From NCBI GenBank assembly GCA_016788825.1, contig JAEUSD010000001.1, positions 19,391-83,390 of the forward strand: a stretch of DNA of 64,000 nucleotides, written 5' to 3'. This document shows positions 29,719 to 38,299 of the stretch, piece by piece. Both the position numbers and the translations under genes were made by a program. Source of the DNA: Candidatus Doudnabacteria bacterium (GTDB lineage Bacteria > Patescibacteriota > Dojkabacteria > J137 > JAEUSD01). How positions within the stretch are numbered: the first letter of the stretch is position 1; every line of letters starts with the position of its first letter. Under the pieces are notes generated by a model. The model saw only the letters and a program-made list of their open reading frames with translations, made no database searches and was not told the origin of the DNA.

Positions 29719-30552
29719 ATGCCAGAGCTACCTGAGGTAGAAACCACAATTCGTTACTTGCGACCAGCCTTGCTGGGTGAGGTGATACGCGATTTGACTG
29801 CGTCAAATCGCGGGGAAAGTCACTTCAATATTCCTTTCTCAGAAGTTCAAGAGCGGATTATTGGGACAAAAACCGCAGCGCTGAATCGATTAGGAAAATG
29901 GATGCTGTTTGAGTTCTTAAACCCGGAAGAGAATTCTGAACTAAAGGCAGTCGGTCATTTGCGAATGTCTGGAAGGTACAAAATCGCCGACGAGGTGATA
30001 AAGCATCCGCATAACCGCTTTCAAATACATTTAGAGAATGGGCGAATCATCAACTACATTGACCAACGTAGGTTTGGGACATTTCATTTTGTAGAAGATT
30101 TTAAGAACCACAAAGCCTTAGCAGCGCTGGGGCCAGATATTTTGGCTGCCGATTTCACAGCAGAACAATTGTATGAAGGACTACGAAAAACGAAGAAACC
30201 CCTCTACTCTGCGTTGCTCGACCAAAGCATTGTGGCCGGCCTGGGAAATATCTATGTAAATGAGACGCTACATGCGGCCGGCCTGCATCCTCTTATGCCG
30301 GGCCTCGCTATTACTCCCACCCAAGCTGAAAGACTCCTCCGCGAGGCCCGCCGTATCCTCACCCTGGCTCTCGAAATGAAGGGAACTACTCTGATCGACA
30401 ACCTCTATCAAGACCCCGAAGGCAAGACCGGTCAGTTCGCGAAAATGCTTCAGGTATATGGGAAAAAGTCCGATCCCGATGTTGAAGTACTAAAGATTGG
30501 TGGACGCTCCGTATTTGTGCACAGAAACACGAAGCCAACTTTTTCCCACTAG
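29719..30552 (+). CDS. formamidopyrimidine-DNA glycosylase / endonuclease VIII family (Fpg/Nei), zincless-finger variant
   Basis: The ORF at 29704..30552 has its true start at MPELPEVE (N-terminal Pro nucleophile, Glu3). An H2TH region is present. The C-terminal segment VYGKKSDPDVEVLKIGGRSVFVHRNTKP keeps the conserved Arg but has no cysteines where the CxxC...CxxC zinc finger normally lies. Confidence 0.85.
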   Translation: MPELPEVETTIRYLRPALLGEVIRDLTASNRGESHFNIPFSEVQERIIGTKTAALNRLGKWMLFEFLNPEENSELKAVGHLRMSGRYKIADEVIKHPHNRFQIHLENGRIINYIDQRRFGTFHFVEDFKNHKALAALGPDILAADFTAEQLYEGLRKTKKPLYSALLDQSIVAGLGNIYVNETLHAAGLHPLMPGLAITPTQAERLLREARRILTLALEMKGTTLIDNLYQDPEGKTGQFAKMLQVYGKKSDPDVEVLKIGGRSVFVHRNTKPTFSH

Positions 30553-30594
30553 AAGGGTTGTATATTTGGTATATAGCTGATATACTGGGTATAT

Positions 30595-30948
30595 ATGAAA
30601 GATGTAATAGCCTTAGTTCCTGAGGATGTCTCACAAAGCATAGAGTTACTCTTTAAAAGGATGCGAGCTGATAGTCAGTTCAAGAACTGGACCGACCATG
30701 AAATAGAGTTGTTTTGGACTAATCAATTAGAATGTGTCCACAGTCAGTTTGAAAGTTGGGGTATCATTAGTGCAAGTGATCTCGTAGTCAGGCTACTTTG
30801 GCTACTCAAACATAACCGAAGGTTATTTGAATCTACCCTCTCCTACCACATGACAGGTGGGCATGGACCACTAATGATCACTCATCCTGCCGGATATCCA
30901 ATAGCACTAGCGTCTTTCCTAAAATCTATCTCAGGAGTTGAATCATAA
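30595..30948 (+). CDS. hypothetical protein
   Basis: 117 aa ORF, convergent with tsaD. No recognisable domain. Confidence 0.4.
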   Translation: MKDVIALVPEDVSQSIELLFKRMRADSQFKNWTDHEIELFWTNQLECVHSQFESWGIISASDLVVRLLWLLKHNRRLFESTLSYHMTGGHGPLMITHPAGYPIALASFLKSISGVES

Positions 30949-32154
30949 ATCCCACCCTGGCATTCTATCCATTTGCTCAAAATCGTTGAGGTTGTAGAGT
31001 TTGGCGATGTTTTCGGAGATTTTTCCTTGCTCTTCAAGTTGCCTTAACGCTACTGTGGCTGCAAGGCCGATCATGCCGGCGTTGTCGGTGAGGAGGGCGC
31101 GATCTGGCGCGATGTGGAATCTTACTTGGGACTTTGTGGCAAATTCCGCGATCAGATCGCGCAGACGAGGGCTAGCAGCTACACCACCACCTAGCAGTAG
31201 TTCTTGAGCAGGAAACTGTTTCAAAGCGGCTTCTAGCTTCAAAACTAGGGTTCTCAGTGCGGCTTCCTCAAACATTACGCACAGCTCCCCAATTTGTTCT
31301 TCAGTCAACTTCTCTGCTCTACCCGTTTGCTTGATATCTAACTTGTGACTAACACCGCTTAGTTCATTGATCAGCTGCTTCGCCGCAGTTTTCAGGCCCG
31401 AATAGCTCATGTTTAAATCACCAGAGTTCGCCATAGGGATCGGCAACTGGTACTTCAGTTCTTCGTCCCCGGCGGCGTAACCTTTTACAAACAAAGTCTG
31501 CTGATCCCGTTCCAACCTAATATCTAGCTGACTGCGGGACTGCCCTGCAAGCTTGGAAATCTGCGGTCCGCCGGGATATTCTAGGCCAAGCATCGTGGCA
31601 AATTTATCGAAGGCTTCACCACAAGCATCATCCAACGTTTGGCCAACCTTGCGAATCGAATACAGATCTTCCAGAACCAATATCTCAGTATGCCCACCAG
31701 AAACCAGTAGTCCTAAAGCAGGAAATTCCCAATCTGCGTTTTTGAGATCCAAGGCCGAATACAAGTGGCCGGCCATATGGTTCACACCCAAAAGTGGCAG
31801 CTTGTATTCGGCCGCCAACTCCTTCGCTTTGCGAATCCCCACTTCCAGCGCAATCGCCAAACCTGGCCCTTGAGTAACCGCGATGTGCGTAACTTGATTT
31901 AGTGCGACATTCGCAACTTCCAAAGCTTCTTTTAGAACTTCGTTAATTTTATTCTCATGCGCCACACGTGCGATGCTAGGAACTACTCCACCATAAGCTT
32001 TGTGCAAATCTAGCTGTGAAAACACAACATTGGAAAGAATCTCACCATCACGTACCACCGCCACAGAGGTTTCGTCGCACGAAGTTTCAATTGCAAGAAT
32101 CAGTTTATTCATTCCACCCCCTACTCTCTTCAACTGCAATATGCCTTTTGCCAT
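30943..32154 (-). CDS. tsaD: tRNA N6-adenosine threonylcarbamoyltransferase TsaD (Kae1/YgjD family)
   Basis: Motifs ILAIETSCDETSVAV, the metal-binding HMAGH..H (GVNHMAGHLYSAL), and C-terminal GGVAAS. The likely true start is the internal MNKLILAIETS (about 32112), which would overlap tsaE by 8 bp. Confidence 0.9.
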   Translation of the reverse strand: MAKGILQLKRVGGGMNKLILAIETSCDETSVAVVRDGEILSNVVFSQLDLHKAYGGVVPSIARVAHENKINEVLKEALEVANVALNQVTHIAVTQGPGLAIALEVGIRKAKELAAEYKLPLLGVNHMAGHLYSALDLKNADWEFPALGLLVSGGHTEILVLEDLYSIRKVGQTLDDACGEAFDKFATMLGLEYPGGPQISKLAGQSRSQLDIRLERDQQTLFVKGYAAGDEELKYQLPIPMANSGDLNMSYSGLKTAAKQLINELSGVSHKLDIKQTGRAEKLTEEQIGELCVMFEEAALRTLVLKLEAALKQFPAQELLLGGGVAASPRLRDLIAEFATKSQVRFHIAPDRALLTDNAGMIGLAATVALRQLEEQGKISENIAKLYNLNDFEQMDRMPGWDL

Positions 32155-32581
32155 CAGCCACCTCCGTTATTTTTACATCAATCTTCACCAGCTTTGGCAA
32201 ATTGACCAAATCTTTAGATAACAAACCGCCCCACTCCATCACAATAATATTCCCATGTCGAATATATTTCTCTAAACCAATATCCCGTAGATCTTGCTCT
32301 GTTTTTAACCGCCAAGCATCTACATGAACAAAGTTTCCCACCCTTTCGTTGTATTTAAACGAATACTCGCGAATATATACGTAGCTCGGGGAAACGATCT
32401 CATTTAACACCCCGGCGCCTTTGGCAGCCCCCTTCACAAAATGAGTCTTCCCGGCGCCGTAGTCACCAGTCAGCAAGACCACGAAACAATTCTCTGCTCC
32501 ATACAGCTGCAGCCATTTTTGCATCAATTTTTCTGCCAAAGCCATCGTGGCTGCAGCAGAAGTAGTTTCAAACAAACTCAT
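32105..32581 (-). CDS. tsaE: tRNA threonylcarbamoyladenosine biosynthesis ATPase TsaE (YjeE)
   Basis: 158 aa. Walker A GDYGAGKTHFVKG. Typical TsaE size and operon position upstream of tsaD. Confidence 0.85.
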   Translation of the reverse strand: MSLFETTSAAATMALAEKLMQKWLQLYGAENCFVVLLTGDYGAGKTHFVKGAAKGAGVLNEIVSPSYVYIREYSFKYNERVGNFVHVDAWRLKTEQDLRDIGLEKYIRHGNIIVMEWGGLLSKDLVNLPKLVKIDVKITEVADGKRHIAVEESRGWNE

Positions 32582-33111
32582 TTCTTAGGTTTAAAAGATT
32601 TAGTCTTAGTTAAAACCACCTCCACCCCACTTGATTCAGCAAGTTCCTGGGCATATTCCTCAATCGGTTCCAGATTTGCCAGCTTTCTATTCTGCTCCAT
32701 CTCTTGCCAATCTTTGACTTTGCGCAGAACCAACTTATCTCCTTGATCCGCAAACTGAGTACCAAATTCTTGTGGTCGACCTTGTCTCACACAAACCCGA
32801 TCAGTCAAATATGCCAACCACGAGACATCAATATCATCTCTGTTCTGGCTAAGAAGCAACAAGTAGCCAAGTTGCTTTGTCACGTCTTCAGTTTGCAAAG
32901 CAATCAAATAAGCATAGTACGCCGCTTCTTCACCCACCTGCGAAATGGTAGGCCAGCCAATTTCAGAAATCACAGCATCCAAGACCAAATTATTTTCTCT
33001 AGCCCGATCAGCCAGGCGCTCACTATCTACTTTCTCATCCTTCCACAGAACCTCTGTTTCTTTTATAGCTTTCACCAAAGCTGATGTGAAGCTGCGCTGC
33101 TTCTTCGACAT
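32578..33111 (-). CDS. hypothetical protein translationally coupled to tsaE
   Basis: 177 aa. Its stop overlaps the tsaE start (ATGA). No TsaB/Kae1 fold motifs and no RimI/YrdC motifs recognised. Confidence 0.55.
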   Translation of the reverse strand: MSKKQRSFTSALVKAIKETEVLWKDEKVDSERLADRARENNLVLDAVISEIGWPTISQVGEEAAYYAYLIALQTEDVTKQLGYLLLLSQNRDDIDVSWLAYLTDRVCVRQGRPQEFGTQFADQGDKLVLRKVKDWQEMEQNRKLANLEPIEEYAQELAESSGVEVVLTKTKSFKPKK

Positions 33112-33201
33112 AAAGGATTATACACCAATCAAAGCGCCCCTTCACCTTCACTACTTGCGTAATCAAGGATTCGGGGCGCCTAACTGCGATATTATTGCAA
33201 A

Positions 33202-33474
33202 TTATGCAACCATCTCGCGGAACTGTTTACCAGCGCGGAAGCGTGGTACGTTCTTAGCTGGAACGCGAACTGGAGCGTTGGTCTTAGGATTGCGTTTCAT
33301 GCTCTCCTTTTGGTGTACAGCACGGAAAGTTCCGAAACCGGTTAGAGTTACAGAATCACCTTTCTTTAAGCTGGACATCACAGCGTCCAATACAGCATCC
33401 AAAACATCTGCTACCATTTTTTTGGTTGCACCTGTCTTGCTAGCTACTGCATTTACTAAATCTTGTTTGTTCAT
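33202..33474 (-). CDS. hup: DNA-binding protein HU
   Basis: 90 aa. MNKQDLVNAVASKTGATKKMVADVLDAVLDAV...GFGTFRAVHQKESMKRNPKTNAPVRVPAKNVPRFRAGKQFRE is the classic HU/IHF fold with the arm motif. Confidence 0.92.
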   Translation of the reverse strand: MNKQDLVNAVASKTGATKKMVADVLDAVLDAVMSSLKKGDSVTLTGFGTFRAVHQKESMKRNPKTNAPVRVPAKNVPRFRAGKQFREMVA

Positions 33475-33818
33475 TTGAGTTTTCCCTCCTTTCTAGTGGA
33501 TTTCCCTATAAAGGGATAGTTATTGCTTTAAATTTCATTACAGTAATACCGTAATGTGACCAAAGTCTATGACGAAGTCGGCGTTATGTCAAATAAACCT
33601 TTGTGAGTAAGGGAATATTTGACAGAGTTCAGAAAAACCTGTAGCACAAAGACTTTGAACCATCCGTAGCACCAGATCAGGTTGAAGAAAACCTTTACCT
33701 ACAAGCCTTATTGCCCACTTAGCATTCAAGTGCTGTCAGAAAATAATTCTCCCCTCCTCTACCCAATGCTGCACAAAGTTCTGGCTGGACTATACTAATA
33801 TCTCTCAGCTAACAAGGT

Positions 33819-33848
33819 TTTCACGTGCAATATATGTTACACGTGAAA
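33819..33848. promoter_or_regulatory. perfect inverted repeat TTTCACGTG-N12-CACGTGAAA (candidate operator) in the hup-def intergenic region
   Basis: 9-bp perfect arms, each containing the palindromic CACGTG, separated by an AT-rich 12-bp spacer. About 60 bp upstream of the def start. Confidence 0.4.
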
Positions 33849-33905
33849 GAATATGATTTGGCTACAAGTACTAATCTTTTTTTCACTAAACAGCTATAAT
33901 ACCTG

Positions 33906-34454
33906 ATGGTTCGGGATATATTACAAATTGGCAACCCTATTCTGTATAAAAAATCAGCCCCGGTTGCGGTGAAAGACATCCCTAGTAAGGAAATTCAGAC
34001 TTTGATCCAAGACATGCTTGAAACATGTGCCGCACACGATGAAGAGACGGCAGGGCTTTCGGGAGTACAGATCGGTGAACCAACTCGAATATTTATTATC
34101 CGCAGGGTGGACTTAGAGTCAGAACCCTGGGAGGTATGTATAAACCCAGAGTTGGAAATCGACGCCAGCGTACGATCAACTGTATGGGAAGGATGCCTGT
34201 CAATCGGAACAGGAGCTGAACGCGTGTTTGGGCCAGTAGAAAGACCTGACCACGTAAAGATGACATGTTTGAACGAGAAAGGGGAACAAAAAACCGTTGA
34301 TGCTAAAGGTTATCTGGCACATATCATACTTCACGAGTTTGACCACCTAGAAGGAAAACTTTTCCTACAGTACATCGCAGACCCTAGCAACATTTGGCGT
34401 AGCGAAGATTTGGACGAATACCTCGAGGAGAACGGAACTTTTCCACCTAGTTAA
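33906..34454 (+). CDS. def: peptide deformylase
   Basis: 182 aa. Motif 1 GLSGVQIG, motif 2 EGCLSIG, motif 3 HEFDHLEG. Confidence 0.92.
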   Translation: MVRDILQIGNPILYKKSAPVAVKDIPSKEIQTLIQDMLETCAAHDEETAGLSGVQIGEPTRIFIIRRVDLESEPWEVCINPELEIDASVRSTVWEGCLSIGTGAERVFGPVERPDHVKMTCLNEKGEQKTVDAKGYLAHIILHEFDHLEGKLFLQYIADPSNIWRSEDLDEYLEENGTFPPS

Positions 34455-35961
34455 TCTCAGCCCGAAACTGCATCGCCTGCATAATGTGCACATCGTGCAC
34501 TTTCTCTGAATCGGTAAGATCTGCAATAGTTCTCGCGATTCGCAACAGCTTGAAGTATGTGCGGCCGCCGAAGTTGAGACGTTCATGCGCAGCTTGCATT
34601 ACCTTAGCGGCGGCCGGGGTAAGTTGTATCACTTGCAACAACTCTTTACTGTGGATTTGAGAATTGAGAGTGTTCGTACTAGATCCACGGCGGCTTAATT
34701 GTCGACTCCTTGCTTGTATTACCTGCGCCGCCATTTGTGCTGATGTAAGATCTGTCAATTCTTGCTTGCTGGGGGTAAGTTCCTCCCAGGCAACTTTTGA
34801 CACAATTACGCGCAAATCTATTCTGTCCCAGATAGGACCTGACACTTTCTCTCGGTATGAACGGACTTCCTTCGCGCTGCAGCTGCATGGTTTGACTCCT
34901 GAATTGTAGTACCCGCATTTACAGGGGTTCATTGCTGCCACAAGTTGAAAATCTGCAGGAAACTTTACACTGTGGGTTGCACGGGAAACTACGATCTCTT
35001 TATCTTCTAATGGTTGGCGCAAGCTATCCAGTGCCTGCCGGCTAAACTCTGGAAACTCATCCAGAAACAGTACCCCGCGGTGAGCCAAAGTTACCTCCCC
35101 CGGCTGAGGAACTGTTCCACCTCCTACCAAAGCAGACACTGAGATACTGTGGTGAGGAGAACGAAACGGAGGAGAGTACAGACTTTCACGTGAAACACTT
35201 TTTGCCGAGACACTCTCGATTGCCGCAACTTCTAGCACCGCATCTTCTGACAAGGACGGTAGAATCGAAGGTAAAGCCTTTGCTAGCATAGTTTTTCCCG
35301 CACCTGGGATACCGGAGAGAAGTAGGTGGTGCCCGCCAGCTGCAGCAATAAGCATTGCCTGTTTGGCTAATACCTGACCGCGAATATCCTCAAACTTTGT
35401 GGTGTGAGCAGCCTGGGTCGACATTTTGTCGCTAGAGGAGAGTAGTGCCCCCAAACTTTCAACTGAAAAGCTCAGCACTTCTTGTAAATGGTCGATAGGG
35501 TAGAGGTTTACCCCTTTGATTAACGTTAGCTCCTGAGTACATTGCGCAGGAACCACCACATCCGTAATGCCAGATTCTAACAGACCGGTTATCAGCGGTA
35601 AGATTCCCTTCACAGGGAGGACTTTGCCTTCGAGGTTGAGTTCCCCTACAAATGCCACTTTGCGCGTGGGGATAGTAACTTGTTCTGTAGCGATGAGAAA
35701 ACCAACAGCAATGGCAAGATCGTACACCGGACCAGTTTTGGGAATGTTTGCCGGCGCGAGGTTTACGATCACTCGTTGGGGGACAAACTGCGCGCCGGCA
35801 TTGCGAATTGCAGACATCACCCGTTCACGGGACTCCTGGACCGCCTTATCCCCCAGACCAACTATGGCGAAATGGCTTAACCCACTGCGGTAGTCGACCT
35901 CCACCTCAACAGGGACCCCCTGCATTCCAAGCAGGCAAGCCGAAAAAACTTTTGCATACAT
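34447..35961 (-). CDS. comM: Mg-chelatase-like AAA+ protein YifB/ComM
   Basis: 504 aa. N-terminal Lon-protease-like domain. AAA+ Walker A GIPGAGKTMLAKAL and Walker B LFLDEFPEF. C-terminal Mg_chelatase_C region. Confidence 0.9.
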   Translation of the reverse strand: MYAKVFSACLLGMQGVPVEVEVDYRSGLSHFAIVGLGDKAVQESRERVMSAIRNAGAQFVPQRVIVNLAPANIPKTGPVYDLAIAVGFLIATEQVTIPTRKVAFVGELNLEGKVLPVKGILPLITGLLESGITDVVVPAQCTQELTLIKGVNLYPIDHLQEVLSFSVESLGALLSSSDKMSTQAAHTTKFEDIRGQVLAKQAMLIAAAGGHHLLLSGIPGAGKTMLAKALPSILPSLSEDAVLEVAAIESVSAKSVSRESLYSPPFRSPHHSISVSALVGGGTVPQPGEVTLAHRGVLFLDEFPEFSRQALDSLRQPLEDKEIVVSRATHSVKFPADFQLVAAMNPCKCGYYNSGVKPCSCSAKEVRSYREKVSGPIWDRIDLRVIVSKVAWEELTPSKQELTDLTSAQMAAQVIQARSRQLSRRGSSTNTLNSQIHSKELLQVIQLTPAAAKVMQAAHERLNFGGRTYFKLLRIARTIADLTDSEKVHDVHIMQAMQFRAEIN

Positions 35962-36030
35962 GAGTCCATGCTAGCTGGCAATTCTTAAATAATTATTAAC
36001 TCTAGCCAAACTAGTGTATGATTATGCTGT

Positions 36031-36945
36031 ATGGAGAAGCATTTCTTGCAAACAGAATTTTGGGCAGAAGTCAGGGCAAAGCAGGGGCATCAGCCGGTTT
36101 GGATCAACAACAATCTATTACTCGTAAAACAAACCCCTCTAGGAGGATTCGGTTACATGCCCCAGGTTCAAGCCGCAAGTATTGATTATGCACAATTGGT
36201 GAAGCAAGCTAAAGAGCTTAATTTGTCGCATATTCTAGTTGACCCAGCAGACTTGGATTCCACCCCGTTGCCCAAAGTCCCAAACTCTGTACCTGCAGAA
36301 TCGCTTTACTACCGTCATACTTGCATCGTAGACCTCACGCCCGATCTTGATCAAATCCTGGAAAGAATGAAGCCTAAATGGCGTTACAACGCGAAATTGG
36401 GGGGGCAAAAAGGTGTAGTGGTTGAAGTGAGTGATACCGACGAAGTATTTGAAATATTTTGTGACTTATTTTTCAAAACCGTTGCCCGCCAAAAGTACTT
36501 TGGTCGTGATAAGGCTTACTACGAAGTGATTTGGAATACACTTCGCCCTCAAGGAAAAGTTAAAATCGCTGTTGCCAAGTACCAGGGACAACCCCTCACT
36601 GCATGGATGTTGTACCTTGGGGAGCAGACGGTTTACTATCCCTATGGAGGCAGCAGTGAGTCTGGTCGAGATCTAATGCCCGGTCATGCACTTGTGTGGG
36701 GGATTATCCAGTGGGCGAAGGCGGCTGGTTTTAAGCAGTTTGACTTGTGGGGAACTCTCGGCCCAGCCGCCGACGAGCAATCTCCTCAGTATGGTTTTCA
36801 TCGTTTCAAGATGGGTTTTGGGGGGACAGAGATTTCCTATGCTGCTAGTTTTGTGGTCGTGATTTCCGCTTGGCGATATGGCTTGTTTAGACTCGCAAAT
36901 TCTCTTCGCTGGCTACTTCTCAGGCTCAGCAAAGCACTCAAGTAA
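36031..36945 (+). CDS. FemAB-family peptidoglycan interpeptide-bridge aminoacyltransferase-like protein
   Basis: 304 aa with a FemAB/GNAT-like layout (LQTEFWAEVRAKQGHQPVWI...; C-terminal acyltransferase-like half). Family call is by eye only. Confidence 0.6.
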   Translation: MEKHFLQTEFWAEVRAKQGHQPVWINNNLLLVKQTPLGGFGYMPQVQAASIDYAQLVKQAKELNLSHILVDPADLDSTPLPKVPNSVPAESLYYRHTCIVDLTPDLDQILERMKPKWRYNAKLGGQKGVVVEVSDTDEVFEIFCDLFFKTVARQKYFGRDKAYYEVIWNTLRPQGKVKIAVAKYQGQPLTAWMLYLGEQTVYYPYGGSSESGRDLMPGHALVWGIIQWAKAAGFKQFDLWGTLGPAADEQSPQYGFHRFKMGFGGTEISYAASFVVVISAWRYGLFRLANSLRWLLLRLSKALK

Positions 36946-36946
36946 C

Positions 36947-38092
36947 CTAGTCTCGTTGCAGCGGCATGATAATGTGCAGAAAATCTTTGTCTTTGGAGTC
37001 TTTGAATACTGCTGCGGCCAATGGACCGTTTGTGGCAAAGCTTACCTCGTCCCCTTGAATGTGAGACACCAGCTCGATTAAGAACTGCAAGCTGTACGCC
37101 CCCTTGAAATCGGAGCTGCCAGTAACATCTTTCAGTTTAAGTTGGACTTCGTTTTGCCCCATCTGACTAATGCTGCTGCGCATGGTTAGTGTAGTTGTTT
37201 CTAGGTCTAAGTCCCAATCCACACGATAGCCTTGAGAATTCTTAGCAAAAGTGTAAACCACTTTCAGCGCATGTTCTAAATCGGCTTTGGGAACAGAGAA
37301 GCTTAAGGATTCGTCTGCAGGGATCACTTTTGCATACTCAGCATACGGTCCTTCGATCAATCTCACACTCACTTCGATCTCGCCACAGCGATAAATAATT
37401 TGAGTCTTTGCTTCGTTAACAAAGATTTCACATTCTTCCACATCTTCCGCAGAGAGGATTTTGATAAGCTCTTGTAGTGGACGCGCAGGAACTATCAGTT
37501 TCATTGGCTCTTCCGCACTAGAATCTGTTACCTCAATAGTCTTCAGAGACAAACGATAGCCATCTAAACCGACAAGGGTAACTTCGTTTTCTTTTAGCTC
37601 AGGGTCTATCTCCCACAGCACACCTGTATGTTGGACCTTGCTAGTCACCACATCTGCTGCACAAGCGAAAACTACTTTTGTAAGTGCATCAACCAACAGG
37701 TTTGACTTGACTTTCATCAAAGGTTTTTCGCTAACGCGTGGAAGAATGGGAAATTCTTGCGCGGATATGGTAGCAAACTCTGCCTGAGCCTTATCTGTAA
37801 GCGCTTTCAGCGTATCTCCCTCTTGCTTGAGTACCACATTTCCCTCTCCGGTTGCCGCTACAAAATCTGCAAGCAATTTACCTGACACAGTAAGGCTTCC
37901 TTCACTCTCAACCTGACCAGGTATCCACAAATTTATCCCCATATCTAGATTGGTAGCTGCAAGGTGTAAGTTAGTCTTGTTGACCTCAACTAAAACATTA
38001 GAGAGAACAGGAATATTGGGCTTCACACTCACTGCTCTAGTTACATAGTTTAATGCTTTGCTTAGGCTGTGCTGTGCAAGTTTGATCTCCAT
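36947..38092 (-). CDS. dnaN: DNA polymerase III beta sliding clamp
   Basis: 381 aa. Three-domain clamp pattern. The N-terminus MEIKLAQHSLSKALNYVTRAVSVKPNIPVLSNVLVE is typical, and it sits immediately downstream of dnaA. Confidence 0.92.
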   Translation of the reverse strand: MEIKLAQHSLSKALNYVTRAVSVKPNIPVLSNVLVEVNKTNLHLAATNLDMGINLWIPGQVESEGSLTVSGKLLADFVAATGEGNVVLKQEGDTLKALTDKAQAEFATISAQEFPILPRVSEKPLMKVKSNLLVDALTKVVFACAADVVTSKVQHTGVLWEIDPELKENEVTLVGLDGYRLSLKTIEVTDSSAEEPMKLIVPARPLQELIKILSAEDVEECEIFVNEAKTQIIYRCGEIEVSVRLIEGPYAEYAKVIPADESLSFSVPKADLEHALKVVYTFAKNSQGYRVDWDLDLETTTLTMRSSISQMGQNEVQLKLKDVTGSSDFKGAYSLQFLIELVSHIQGDEVSFATNGPLAAAVFKDSKDKDFLHIIMPLQRD

Positions 38093-38299
38093 AAGTTTCT
38101 ATATTTTTATAAACTAGAATGTTTAGTATTAGGCAATGTAGATTTGTGTATAAACTTCAATTGTGGCCCATTATATCAAAGTAATCGTGAAGCAACAGCA
38201 TGTGGAAAACTTTATTTTGACTAATTGCTTTGTGACTATAGTTGACCAGGCAAATATACTTTAGGATAAAGGAGTTTAACTGTGGATGAATTTGTGAGC
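38093..38299. promoter_or_regulatory. candidate oriC segment (dnaA-dnaN intergenic) with DnaA-box-like 9-mers and an AT-rich stretch
   Basis: DnaA-box-like 9-mers are TGTGGAAAA (38201-38209) and TGTGGATGA (38282-38290), each 1 mismatch to TGTGGATAA, plus TTGTGGCCC. An AT-rich run tatatttttataaactagaatgtttagtattagg at ~38101-38135 is a possible DNA-unwinding element. Confidence 0.5.

Noticed and set aside
33480-33905. Housekeeping ncRNA (RNase P RNA, tmRNA, SRP RNA, 6S) in the 425-bp hup-def gap
   Set aside because: I saw no conserved blocks (e.g. RNase P GGAAAGTCCGG / AGGGTGAAA, the tmRNA tag-reading frame with 3' CCA context, or the SRP GGAA apical loop) on either strand by eye. This cannot be excluded without a covariance-model search.
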